Below are positions 53,671 to 62,900 of a stretch of DNA of 64,000 nucleotides, piece after piece (position 1 is the first letter of the stretch; the number at the start of each line of letters is the position of its first letter). The notes under the pieces were generated by a model, which was not told the DNA's origin, did not search any database, and saw only the letters and a program-made list of their open reading frames with translations. The stretch spans positions 416,001-480,000 of the forward strand of contig CAWFDF010000012.1 of NCBI GenBank assembly GCA_963814585.1, written 5' to 3'. A program made the translations under genes and the position numbers. Origin of the DNA: an uncultured delta proteobacterium (lineage in GTDB: Bacteria > Myxococcota > Myxococcia > Myxococcales > Anaeromyxobacteraceae).

Positions 53671-54720
53671 ATGACACCGCTCCCCCACGTGACCGCCGCC
53701 TGCCCCGGCTCGGGCGGGCGGCTCAAGGTCGACCCCGAGGACTTCCGCGTCGACGAGCTGCCCGCCTACCTGCCGTCGGGGGCCGGGCCGCACCTCTACC
53801 TCCACGTCGAGAAGCGCGGGAGGACCACCCGCGACGTGGTCCGGGCGCTGGCCCGCGCCCTCGGAGTCGGCGAGCGGGAGGTCGGCTACGCCGGCCTCAA
53901 GGACCGGGCCGCCGTCACCACCCAGTGGCTCAGCTTCCCGGTGGCACGCGATCCCGACCCGGCGGCGCTGGCCGGCGACGGCTACCGCGTGCTGGCAGCG
54001 TCGCGCCACCAGAACAAGCTCCGCCCCGGCCACGCCCGTGGCAACGCCTTCGAGGTGGCGGTGCGCGGGGGCGACCTGGCCGCGGCGCAGCGCGCCGCCG
54101 CGGCGCTGGCCCGGGCCGGCCTGCCCAACTACTACGGCCCGCAGCGCTTCGGCCACGGGGGCGCCAACGCCGCCCTGGGGCGCGCCCTGCTCGCCCCCGA
54201 TCCCCCACCCGAGGCGAGGCGGGCGGCGCGGGACCGCTTCCTGCGCCGCTTCGCCCTCTCGGCCTTCCAGTCCGAGCTCTTCAACCGCTGGCTGGCCGAG
54301 CGCATCACCGATGGGCTCTTCGCCGTGGCGCTCGCCGGCGACCCGCTCAAGGTGCTGGAGAGCGGCGGCGTCTTCGTCTGCGAGTCCCCCGAGGAGGACA
54401 GCGCGCGGGTGGCGGCCTTCGAGGTGAGCCCGGCGGGGCCGATGTTCGGCCACCAGCTCAGGCCGGTCGCCGGCGGCGTGCCGGCCGGGCGCGAGGCGCG
54501 CCTGCTGGCGGCGGAGGGGCTGACGCTGGCCGACTTCGCCCGCGGCGGAGACGAGGCGGCCGGGACGAGGCGGGCCGCCCGGCTCCCCGTCGAGGTGGCG
54601 CTCGCGCCGCTCCCCGACGGCTACCTGGCGCGCTTCACCCTGCCGCGCGGCAGCTACGCCACGGTGGTGATGCGGGAGCTGATGAAGTCCGACGCCGACC
54701 TGCCCGAGGACGAGGCCTGA
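53671..54720 (+). CDS. truD: tRNA pseudouridine(13) synthase
   Basis: PEDFRVDE, GYAGLKDRAAVTTQW, NYYGPQRFG, QSELFN, FTLPRGSYAT. Confidence 0.95.
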   Translation: MTPLPHVTAACPGSGGRLKVDPEDFRVDELPAYLPSGAGPHLYLHVEKRGRTTRDVVRALARALGVGEREVGYAGLKDRAAVTTQWLSFPVARDPDPAALAGDGYRVLAASRHQNKLRPGHARGNAFEVAVRGGDLAAAQRAAAALARAGLPNYYGPQRFGHGGANAALGRALLAPDPPPEARRAARDRFLRRFALSAFQSELFNRWLAERITDGLFAVALAGDPLKVLESGGVFVCESPEEDSARVAAFEVSPAGPMFGHQLRPVAGGVPAGREARLLAAEGLTLADFARGGDEAAGTRRAARLPVEVALAPLPDGYLARFTLPRGSYATVVMRELMKSDADLPEDEA

Positions 54721-54722
54721 CC

Positions 54723-55673
54723 CTACCCCTCGAAGCGGCCCAGGAAGGCCGCGGCCTGCGCGGCCAGGTAGGAGAGGACCGCCAGGTCCTTCTGGTCGAA
54801 CGGCTTGCCGCCCCTCTTGTTGAGCACCTCGAGACAGCCGACCACCTGGCCGTGCCGCGCCATGGGGGCGCAGAGCAGCGACCGGGTCTGGTAGCCGGTG
54901 GCCTCGGAGACGGCGCGGTGGAAGCGCGGGTCCTTCTCGGCGTCGGAGACCGCCACGCAGACGTTCTCCTGGGCGCAGAAGCCGACGATCCCCACGCCGA
55001 TGGGCACCCTCAGGCCCAGGGCGAGCAGCTTGGCGGCGATGGGGCCGCGCACCACCTCGAAGGAGAGGTCCTTGCGCCCGAGGTCGGCGGTGAAGACCGA
55101 GCCGGCCTCGCAGCCGATGACTCGCATGGCGGCATCGAGCGCGAACTCCAGGCCGACGCGGCGTTCCCTCTCCAGCCCCAGCTGGCTGGCCTCGATGAAG
55201 AGCTCGGCCAGCGTGTCCTCGGCCTTCACCTCGAGCGCCATGCGGCCGATGGCGTGGAGCGGCGTGGCGACGGGGGTCCGGGTCTCCTCCACGCGGTCGA
55301 CATGGGCGGAGGGGCGCGCCATCGGTCTCGGGGCCGGAGTCGCGGGTGGCGCCGGCCTCGCCGGCGAGGGGTGAAGCGGCGGCGTGGCGGCCACCGGTGA
55401 GGGGGCCCAGGGCTGGACCTCCTGCAGCGGGGCGACCGAGGTGGCCGCCGGCAGCTCCGCGATCCGGAAGACTCGCCCCGAGTCGGGGTCGGTGACGTGG
55501 ATGGAGCCGTCGGCCCGGATGTCGCAGAGGACGTTGCTGGACGGGTTGATCTCGCCGATCCGCTGCAGCCCGGCCTTGAGCGCCCCGAGCCAGTGGTCCG
55601 CATCGAGGCGGAGCGTCAGGTCCATCGGGACCCTGGGCGGCGCCGCCGGGACGAACACCTCGAAGCGAGCCAT
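54723..55673 (-). CDS. GAF-domain protein with a small N-terminal domain and no output domain
   Basis: EAGSVF, GIVGFCAQ, DPRF..VSEATGYQTRSLLCAPM, GCLEVLNK, FDQKD. Confidence 0.82.
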   Translation of the reverse strand: MARFEVFVPAAPPRVPMDLTLRLDADHWLGALKAGLQRIGEINPSSNVLCDIRADGSIHVTDPDSGRVFRIAELPAATSVAPLQEVQPWAPSPVAATPPLHPSPARPAPPATPAPRPMARPSAHVDRVEETRTPVATPLHAIGRMALEVKAEDTLAELFIEASQLGLERERRVGLEFALDAAMRVIGCEAGSVFTADLGRKDLSFEVVRGPIAAKLLALGLRVPIGVGIVGFCAQENVCVAVSDAEKDPRFHRAVSEATGYQTRSLLCAPMARHGQVVGCLEVLNKRGGKPFDQKDLAVLSYLAAQAAAFLGRFEG

Positions 55674-55675
55674 GC

Positions 55676-56866
55676 TCAGTCCGTCGAGATGATGCGGAAC
55701 TCCGTCCGGCGGTTCTGGCCCCGGCCCTTCGCGGTCTTGTTGGAGGCGATCGGCCTGGTCGGCCCGTAGCCCGTCGCCTCGAGCCGATCCGCCGCGATCC
55801 CCTTGCCGGTGAGGTAGGTGCGCACCGACTCGGCGCGGGCCCGGCTCAGCTTCATGTTGGACGCCTCGCCGCCGACGGAGTCGGTGTGTCCCTCGATGGA
55901 GAGGCGCATCTTCGGGTAGTCGCGGAGCACCTGCACCACCTGGTCCAGCAGCGGGAAGGAGTCGGCCAGGACCGCCCACCTGGCGGTCTGGAAGTGGACC
56001 TGCTGCTTGATGACGATCCGATCCTTCTTCACCTCCACCAGCGTGTACTTCTTGGGGCAGCCGTCCGGGGCCGGGCCCGGGTCGTCCGGGCACCTGTCGA
56101 GCCGGTCGAGGACGCCGTCACCGTCCTTGTCCCCGTCGGGGCAGCCGCCGTTCTCCTTCGGGCCGGCCTGGTCCGGGCACCGGTCCTGGTCGTCGGAGAC
56201 GCCGTCGCCGTCGCGGTCCTGCACCCGGCAGCCCCGGTTGGTGATGGGGCCGGGGGTGTTGGGGCAGGCGTCCACCTTGTCGACGATGCCGTCACCGTCG
56301 TTGTCGGGGTCGGGGCAGCCGTCTTCGTCCTGGAAGCCGTCGCCGTCCTCGGGGTCGAGGGGGCAGCGGTCGATGTCGTCGGAGGTGCCGTCCCCGTCGG
56401 AGTCCCTGGCCGCCGGGCATCCCTGCGACTCCACCGGGCCGGGCAGGTCGGGGCACTTGTCGTCGAGGTCGGGCACGCCGTCGCCGTCCCGATCGGTCTT
56501 CTCGATGATGATGACCGGGGCCGCCACCGCGACGGGCGTGGTGCCGCCGGGGCTCTTCTCGCGGATGGTGACCTGCGCGGCGCCGCAGTTCTTGGAGAGC
56601 TCCAGCGCCTTCTTCATGTTCTGCTCGGACACCTTGAGGTGGTCGGCGGCGCGGGTGGCGTTGCCCCAGTCGATCTCCGCCTTGCCGAACTCCAGGTTGG
56701 CCTCGGCCAGCGCCAGCTCCCGCGGCGCGCAGCGCACGGCCCCGCTGTTGCGGGCCTTGACGGCGTCCTGCGTGAGCACCTCGGCGCTGCGCTTCAGCTT
56801 CCCGCCGGTGGCGCAGGCGGACAGGGCCAGCAGCGCCAGCGCGGTGACGATGCGCGCGCGGCTCAC
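55676..56866 (-). CDS. OmpA-family lipoprotein (DUF4398-like N-terminus, TSP3 Ca-binding repeats, OmpA C-terminus)
   Basis: Lipobox LSAC; repeated DxDGDGxxDxxDxCP; IEGHTDS, NMKLSRARA, NRRTEF. Confidence 0.92.
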   Translation of the reverse strand: MSRARIVTALALLALSACATGGKLKRSAEVLTQDAVKARNSGAVRCAPRELALAEANLEFGKAEIDWGNATRAADHLKVSEQNMKKALELSKNCGAAQVTIREKSPGGTTPVAVAAPVIIIEKTDRDGDGVPDLDDKCPDLPGPVESQGCPAARDSDGDGTSDDIDRCPLDPEDGDGFQDEDGCPDPDNDGDGIVDKVDACPNTPGPITNRGCRVQDRDGDGVSDDQDRCPDQAGPKENGGCPDGDKDGDGVLDRLDRCPDDPGPAPDGCPKKYTLVEVKKDRIVIKQQVHFQTARWAVLADSFPLLDQVVQVLRDYPKMRLSIEGHTDSVGGEASNMKLSRARAESVRTYLTGKGIAADRLEATGYGPTRPIASNKTAKGRGQNRRTEFRIISTD

Positions 56867-57168
56867 GGCGCCGGCTCCTTCTCGGTCCGGTTGCTGGCGG
56901 CCAGCGCCTTGACCCGGGCCTCCTTGGCCGCCTCCCTCGCCTTGGCGGCGAAGACCGCGGCGTTCTCGTACTGGGAGTAGCCGGAGAGCTCGCGGGCCTT
57001 CTTCAGGTAGGCCTCGGCGCTGGTGATCTCGTAGGTCGCCAGGGTCTGGGCGCCGGCCGCCCGGGCTCCCTCGATCTCGACGTCGGCGTCGATGAGCGCG
57101 GTGGTCGACTGGACCGGCCCACAGCCCGCGACGAAGGTGAGCCCGAGGAGGGCGAGGAGGAGCCGCAC
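56863..57168 (-). CDS. DUF4398-like lipoprotein
   Basis: Lipobox VAGC; AAGAQTLATYEITSAEAYLKKARE; GTGA overlap with the OmpA gene. Confidence 0.75.
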   Translation of the reverse strand: MRLLLALLGLTFVAGCGPVQSTTALIDADVEIEGARAAGAQTLATYEITSAEAYLKKARELSGYSQYENAAVFAAKAREAAKEARVKALAASNRTEKEPAP

Positions 57169-57227
57169 GGGAGTGAACCCCTTTCGGAAACCCAAGGGTT
57201 CGACGCTACCCGCGGGGGACCGGGTCG

Positions 57228-57542
57228 TCAAGGAACGGCGGTGGTCTGCGGCGCCGCCACGGCGCGCGGCAGCTCGGGCTCCAGGGGCATGAGGTACCAG
57301 AGCAGGAGGTAGACCGGAATGCCCCAGAGCCCGAGCACGGCCGTCATGATGACGAGCAGCCGGACGGCCGCCACCGGCACGCCGTAGTGGTTGGCGAGCC
57401 CCTGGGCGACGCCGGCGACCATCCTCCCCTGCCGGGCGCGGCGCCAGTCGCGGGCCGGCGACCGGTCGGGGATCCAGCTGGTGCAGGCGCCGCAGCGGAG
57501 GGCGCCGTCGGGGATGTCGGTGCGACAGTACGGGCAGAGCAT
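57228..57542 (-). CDS. Zinc-ribbon + PspC domain membrane protein
   Basis: CPYC..CGAC; RMVAGVAQGLANHYG..VRL..YLLLW..MP; GGAGG RBS. Confidence 0.85.
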   Translation of the reverse strand: MLCPYCRTDIPDGALRCGACTSWIPDRSPARDWRRARQGRMVAGVAQGLANHYGVPVAAVRLLVIMTAVLGLWGIPVYLLLWYLMPLEPELPRAVAAPQTTAVP

Positions 57543-57716
57543 GTGACCTCCTGGCGTGACGGTACGCGCGCGCCCGGCCGATATTTCAGCCGGGCGGGGT
57601 CTGCCCGTAGACGCCAGTCCGCCAATCCTCCGCGCCGGGTGCATCGGCCGAGTCACCCGGTCGCGGTGGAGGCGTCCGGGCACGCTGCCGGCGATCCCGT
57701 CCACCCGGAACGAGGA

Positions 57717-57740
57717 GAGCCGCCCCTCTCGAGGCGGCTC
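57717..57740 (-). terminator. Hairpin downstream of citrate synthase
   Basis: GAGCCGCC-cctctcga-GGCGGCTC inverted repeat. Confidence 0.4.
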
Positions 57741-57770
57741 CCGGTGAGGCCTGGACGCTGGCGGGGACGG

Positions 57771-59099
57771 CTACGCCAGCTTGCGGCCGCCCTCGGCGGC
57801 CCACTTCTCCAGCATCTCGGTGGTGACCGACTTCGGACGCTCGATGGCGTAGCCGAGGCCGCGGTCCCAGGTGATGTTGGCGAGCACGCCGAGCGCGCGG
57901 CCGACGCCGAAGAGGACCGTGTAGAAGTCCCACTCGCGGACGCCGTAGTACCACTGGATCACGCCGGAGTGCGCGTCCACGTTCGGCCACGGGTTCTTGG
58001 TCTTGCCGTGCTCGGTGAGGACGCCCGGCGCCACCTCGTAGATCATGTTGACGAGCTGGAAGAGCGGGTCGTTCGGCAGGTGCTTCTTGGAGAACTCGTT
58101 CTGCGCCACGTAGCGCGGGTCGGTCTTGCGGAGCACGGCGTGGCCGTAGCCCGGGATGACCTGGCCGGAGTTCAGGGTGTCCCAGAGGAACTGCTTGAGC
58201 TCCTCCTTGGTGGGCACCTTGTTGTTGAGCTTCTTCATCACGTTCTGGATCCAGCCGAGCACCTCCTGGTTGGCGAGGCCGTGGAGCGGGCCGGCCAGGC
58301 CGTTGATGCCGGCCGACAGGGAGTAGTAGGCGTCGCTGAGCGCCGAGGCCACCAGGTGGGTGGTGTGGGCCGAGACGTTCCCCGACTCGTGATCCGAGTG
58401 GAGGATGAAGTACATGCGGGCGACGTCGTCGTAGGGCTTCTTCTGCCCGATCATGTGGGCGAAGTTGCCGCCCCAGTCGAGCTTCGGATCCGGGGCGATG
58501 AAGGTGTCGCCCTTGTACTTCATCCGGTAGATGTACGCGGCGATGGCCGGCAGCTTGGCCAGCAGGTTCATGGAATCCTCGTACATGGGATCCCACATGT
58601 CGTTCTTCTTGAGCCCGCCCTCGCCGTAGCGCTTGGCGAAGATCGACTCGCGCTGCATCGACAGGATGGCCGAGGAGAAGAGCGTCATGGGGTGCGAGTC
58701 GCGCGGCATGGCGCGGAGCACGTCGACGACGTAGGCGGGGATGTCGGCGCGGGCCTTCCAGTCCTCCACCACCTCGAGCGTCTGCGCCAGGGTCGGCACG
58801 TCGCCGGTCAGCAGGTACCAGAAGAAGCCCTCGACGTAGGGCTGGTCGCTGCCCGGGACCTTGGGGATGGCGGCGAACGTCTCCGGGATGGTGCGGCCGC
58901 GGAAGCGGATGCCTTCCTGCGGGTCCAGGTAGGAGATGTCGGTCACCAGCGAGCGGATGTCGCGCGCACCGCCGATGCACTGGCCGATGTTGACCTTGTC
59001 GATCACCACCTCGCCGAACTCCTTGTTCAGCTTGGTGATGCGAGGCCGGAACGCCTCGATCTTCTCCTTGAGCTTCAGCTTCAGATTGGAGTCAGCCAT
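57771..59099 (-). CDS. gltA: Citrate (Si)-synthase, eukaryote/Geobacter-type
   Basis: GGARDI..S.LDPQEGIRFRG, HSDHESGNVSAHT, GLAGPLHGLANQEV, PGYGHAVLRKTDPRY, KNPWPNVDAHSG, IERPKS. Confidence 0.95.
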   Translation of the reverse strand: MADSNLKLKLKEKIEAFRPRITKLNKEFGEVVIDKVNIGQCIGGARDIRSLVTDISYLDPQEGIRFRGRTIPETFAAIPKVPGSDQPYVEGFFWYLLTGDVPTLAQTLEVVEDWKARADIPAYVVDVLRAMPRDSHPMTLFSSAILSMQRESIFAKRYGEGGLKKNDMWDPMYEDSMNLLAKLPAIAAYIYRMKYKGDTFIAPDPKLDWGGNFAHMIGQKKPYDDVARMYFILHSDHESGNVSAHTTHLVASALSDAYYSLSAGINGLAGPLHGLANQEVLGWIQNVMKKLNNKVPTKEELKQFLWDTLNSGQVIPGYGHAVLRKTDPRYVAQNEFSKKHLPNDPLFQLVNMIYEVAPGVLTEHGKTKNPWPNVDAHSGVIQWYYGVREWDFYTVLFGVGRALGVLANITWDRGLGYAIERPKSVTTEMLEKWAAEGGRKLA

Positions 59100-59388
59100 G
59101 GTGTGGTCTCCAGCCGGGGACGGGTAGGTGCAGCGTCAGGAAGCCTTCGCGGGTGTACCGAGGGCACGCATCCTACTTGCGCCCTCTCGCGAACTGCAAA
59201 CGGGAAACGGACGCCCGTCGTGGAGCCCGAAAGTCTATTAACGCGATGGCTCAACGTTTTCCGCGATTCCACGCCTTCGCTCTCAGCGAAGTGCGACGCT
59301 AAACCGCACGGACGCGGACTGGCCTCCGCCTGCACTTCGAGTGGACGGCCGGCCGGGCGGGGAGCCGCCCCGGCGCGACCCCGGCGGA

Positions 59389-59841
59389 TCAGCGGCCCAG
59401 GCCGGCCGCCAGCGCGGCGGCGACCTGGTCGGCCAGCCGGCCGTCGCGGGCGGGGGCCGCCTCGACCTCGACCGCCGGCGCGGGCGCTCCCGGGGGCCGG
59501 GACAGGGGGTCTGCAGTTCCTGCAGGGTCCACGGTTCCTGCAGCCTCCTTCGCCTTCCCCTTGCCCGTCCCCGCCGCCGAGCGGCAGAGGCGGCACCAGG
59601 GCTGGTTCCGGATCGCGCCATCGGCCATCTTGCGCAGGCCGAACTGCGACAGCGGCCGCATCTGGTGGCACTTCAGGCACATCAGCGTGATGAAGACCTC
59701 GTTGCCGTCGGCGTCGTAGATGGAGGACCGCCGCCGCCTGGGGCGAGGCGTCTCGCCGGCGGGCGCGGCCTTCCTGGCCACGACGGACTTCGACTCGGCG
59801 CCACGAACGATGGCGGGCGCGACCATGACCCTGGTGGCCAT
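59389..59841 (-). CDS. Small basic CxxC..CxxC zinc-finger protein of unknown function
   Basis: RRRRSSIYDADGNEVFITLMCLKCHQMRPLSQFGLRKMADGAIRNQPWCRLCR; GC3-biased core; GGAGG upstream. Confidence 0.7.
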   Translation of the reverse strand: MATRVMVAPAIVRGAESKSVVARKAAPAGETPRPRRRRSSIYDADGNEVFITLMCLKCHQMRPLSQFGLRKMADGAIRNQPWCRLCRSAAGTGKGKAKEAAGTVDPAGTADPLSRPPGAPAPAVEVEAAPARDGRLADQVAAALAAGLGR

Positions 59842-59957
59842 CCTGGTGCCTCCGGATGAGTGGAACCTTCACTCCCGCAGGGGAGCCGCAGCACCCCCGA
59901 CACGGAGGCGGCGAGGCCGGAACCTAGCCGACGGGTCTGACAGCGCCCGAGGGCGGA

Positions 59958-60620
59958 TCAGGCCGGCTGGTCGACGCCGCGCTCGGAGGCGGCCGAGAGC
60001 ACCTTGTAGAGTGGGGCCAGGTCGCGAAACACGCCCAGCAGGTCGCCCAGCGCCAGGCTGCGCGCCTCCTCGGCGCCGAAGGCGACGCCGACGTCGAGGC
60101 CCGGCCCGCCGGCCAGGAGGCCCTCCGCCAGCTCGGCCCAGAAGGCGGGCGTGTGGGCCGGCGCCAGCTCCGGCAGCTCCTCGTGGTCCCAGCCGGCGAA
60201 CTGCCGCAGCTTCCGGAAGGGCTTCCCCTTCCTGGCCAGGTTGCCCGCCTCCCGCCGGAGCGCGTCCAGCATCGCCCCCCAGCGGGCCGACTCGCCGCGC
60301 ACGCCGACACGCGCGTGGAGGTGCGCACGGGTCACCGCCACGCCCAGGTAGGGGACGCCCCGCCACCCGCGCGGCGAGTCGCAGAACGCCACCAGCGCCT
60401 CCCTGGGGGGCTGGCCGCGGCGGGCGGCTGGCCGGGCCAGGTGGGCGTGGAGCGGCCGGCCGCTGAGCCGGGAGAGCCCGCCGGCGCTCTGCGCGGCGAT
60501 GGCCCGGAGCTTGGGGAGCAGCGTCGCCTCCAACGCGGCGGCCCGCCGCTCCGGGTCGTCGATCTCGAAGAGCTCGAAGTCCGCTGGTCCGAGGCCGAGG
60601 CCTGCCATGCGCACCGCCAC
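59958..60620 (-). CDS. DUF1054/YktB-like protein
   Basis: DFELFEIDD..R..L.PKL, HAHLARPAARR..PP.EA.VAF..SPRGWR..P, LAPLY; family recognised from memory. Confidence 0.6.
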   Translation of the reverse strand: MAVRMAGLGLGPADFELFEIDDPERRAAALEATLLPKLRAIAAQSAGGLSRLSGRPLHAHLARPAARRGQPPREALVAFCDSPRGWRGVPYLGVAVTRAHLHARVGVRGESARWGAMLDALRREAGNLARKGKPFRKLRQFAGWDHEELPELAPAHTPAFWAELAEGLLAGGPGLDVGVAFGAEEARSLALGDLLGVFRDLAPLYKVLSAASERGVDQPA

Positions 60621-60684
60621 CAGTGAGAAGGCCTCATGCTAGCACACGTTGACTCCTCCCCTGCGGCGGTGCGAGGTTTCCCAC

Positions 60685-61686
60685 GTGCAGAAGGCAGCGC
60701 GCCTCCTCGATCTCGCGGCGTTCCTCCTCCGCGCCGCGGAGCCGGTCTCCTGGCGCGAGATCCAGGAGCAGTTCGCCGGCGACTACGGGGGCTCGGGCGA
60801 GGCCGCCATCCGCAAGTTCGAGCGAGACAAGGCCGACCTGCTGGAGCTGGCCATCCCCATCCGCTACGAGCCGGGCGACGAGGACCAGGCCGCCGGCTAC
60901 CTGATCGACCGGGACGAGTTCTACCTCCCCGACCTCAAGCTGCCGCCCGAGGACCTGGCCATGCTCTACGTGGCCGGCTCGGCGGCGCTGGCCTCGGGCT
61001 CGTTCCCGTACTCCCGGGACCTGGCCCACGCCATGAACAAGCTCAGCTTCGCGGCCCGGGCGCCGGGCGCCTCGGAGGCGGCGGCGCTGGCCACCCACCA
61101 CCTCTCGCGCCCCGACGGCGCGGTCACGGCCGCCGCCTTGCTGGAGGAGCTCTCCCGGGCGGTGGCCATGAAGAAGCGGGTGCGGCTCACCTACGCCGGG
61201 GCCGAGCGGCGCGCCCGCACCGAGCGCGACCTCGACCCCTACGGGCTCTTCCAGAAGGGCGGCGCCTGGTTCGTCACCGGCTGGTGCCACCTGCGCAAGG
61301 CGCAGCGGACCTTCCACCTGGCCCGCATCGAGCAGCTCTCCGTCAACCAGAAGGCGCCGCGCACCCCCGACTTCACGCCGCGCAAGGAGCTGCCGCTGGC
61401 CGAGGTGGCCACCCGGGAGACCTGGGAGTTCACCGTCCACGCCCCGCAGCGCTGCCGCGTCCGGCTGGAGCCACCGGTCTCGCCCGAGGTCCTGGCCAGC
61501 TTCGGCCCCCGCGCCCGGCGCCAGGAGGACGGCGCCGCCACCATCGTGGAACTCGACGCCACCAACGGCGAGGGGCTGATCCGCCACGTCCTCTCGCTGG
61601 GGGATCGGGCCGAGCTGCTCTCGCCGAGGCCGCTGCGCCAGCGGGCCCGCGCCATCCTCGCCGAACTGGCCCGGAGGGTGGCGTGA
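60685..61686 (+). CDS. WYL-domain transcriptional regulator, PafB-like (wHTH-WYL-WCX)
   Basis: RLLDLAAFLL, RKFERDKADLLEL, GYLID, RDLDPYGL..GAWFVTGWCHLRKAQRTFHLARI, LLSPRPLR. Confidence 0.88.
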   Translation: MQKAARLLDLAAFLLRAAEPVSWREIQEQFAGDYGGSGEAAIRKFERDKADLLELAIPIRYEPGDEDQAAGYLIDRDEFYLPDLKLPPEDLAMLYVAGSAALASGSFPYSRDLAHAMNKLSFAARAPGASEAAALATHHLSRPDGAVTAAALLEELSRAVAMKKRVRLTYAGAERRARTERDLDPYGLFQKGGAWFVTGWCHLRKAQRTFHLARIEQLSVNQKAPRTPDFTPRKELPLAEVATRETWEFTVHAPQRCRVRLEPPVSPEVLASFGPRARRQEDGAATIVELDATNGEGLIRHVLSLGDRAELLSPRPLRQRARAILAELARRVA

Positions 61687-62786
61687 GGCGCGCGCCGCGC
61701 CAGGCCGGGGGCCAGCCGAAGGGCGGCGTACCGAAGCGGCGGGCCGCGGCGGCGAGGAAGGCCCCCTCCCCCGCGAGCCAGGCGGCGAAGGCCCCCGGCA
61801 GGCCCCGCGCCCCGGCCGCCCCCCGCCGCGACGCCGAGCCCGGCGCCAGCGACCCCCGCGAGCGCCTGCGGCGCGTCCTCTTCCTCGTCCCCTACGCGGT
61901 GCAGCACCCCGGCATCCACGTGCGGGAGCTGGCCCGCCGCTGCGGGGTCACCGAGACGGAGCTGCTCGAGGACCTCGACTTCCTCATGGAGGTCGGCTCG
62001 CCGCCGTTCGCGCCCGACGACTTCCTCGACCTCTACGTCGAGGGCGACCGGGTCCACGTGGCGCTCCACCAGAGCTTCATCCGCCCGCCCCGCTTCACCG
62101 AGAGCGAGGCGGCGGCGCTGGCCGCGGCGGCCAGCGCGCTGGGCGGCGAGGGGCGGGAGCGGGCCGTCCAGGCGCTGCGCGACTCGGTGCCGAAGGATCG
62201 CCGCGCCTCCTTCGACGAGCTGGTGGATCGGATCTACGCCGGGGCCCCGCCGGCCCGCGACTCGGTGCTGGGGCGGCTGCAGCGGGCCATCGCCGAGCGG
62301 CGCGCGGTGCGGCTCACCTACCTCTCCGCGTCCTCGGACACCGAGGCCGAGCGGACCGTCCACCCCTACACGCTGGCCCAGCGGCTGGGCCACTGGTACC
62401 TCTACGGCCACGACGCCGCGCGCGCCAGGCCGCTGGCCTTCCGCATCGACCGGATCCGCGACTGCGCGCTGACCGACCAGCGCTTCGAGGCCCCCTCCGA
62501 CGCCGAGCTGGCCAGGGCCCGGCTCTTCTCCGAGCCGACCGGCGAGGGGATCCGGGTCCGGCTCGGCCCGCTGGCGGCGGCCTGGGCGCTGGCCCGGCCG
62601 GGGGGCATGGAGCTCCTGAAGCGGACCGACGACGGCGGCGCGGTGGTCGAGCTGAAGGGGGTCTCGGAGGAGTGGGCCACCCGCTTCGCCCTCTCCTTCG
62701 GGGGCGGCGCCGAGGTGATCGGGCCGGCCGCCGCGGCGCGCCACTTCGGGGAGGCGGTGAACCGCGCCTTCGCGAGGTACCGGTAG
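61683..62786 (+). CDS. WYL-domain transcriptional regulator, PafC-like
   Basis: GTGA overlap; RLRRVLFLVPY..HPG, LLEDLDFL, PDDFLDL, RPPRFTESEA, RTVHPY..HWYLYG..FRIDRI. Confidence 0.88.
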   Translation: MRRAPRQAGGQPKGGVPKRRAAAARKAPSPASQAAKAPGRPRAPAAPRRDAEPGASDPRERLRRVLFLVPYAVQHPGIHVRELARRCGVTETELLEDLDFLMEVGSPPFAPDDFLDLYVEGDRVHVALHQSFIRPPRFTESEAAALAAAASALGGEGRERAVQALRDSVPKDRRASFDELVDRIYAGAPPARDSVLGRLQRAIAERRAVRLTYLSASSDTEAERTVHPYTLAQRLGHWYLYGHDAARARPLAFRIDRIRDCALTDQRFEAPSDAELARARLFSEPTGEGIRVRLGPLAAAWALARPGGMELLKRTDDGGAVVELKGVSEEWATRFALSFGGGAEVIGPAAAARHFGEAVNRAFARYR

Positions 62787-62859
62787 CAGCGGCCTCCGGG
62801 CCGCGGGACCCGCCAGGTCGAACGGGCGGACCTGCCCACCGGCTGGAGACGAATGGACG

Positions 62860-62900
62860 AGTCTTGCGGCGGCGACCCAGCAGCCGTCGCCGCCGCGACT
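62860..62900. terminator. Strong hairpin between convergent genes
   Basis: GCGGCGGCGAC-ccagcagcc-GTCGCCGCCGC (11-bp perfect stem), extendable by AGTC/GACT. Confidence 0.55.

Noticed and set aside
60636..62786. Single 716-aa WYL fusion
   Set aside because: The N-terminal half is an off-frame reading of the PafB-like gene; the real second gene starts at GTG 61683.
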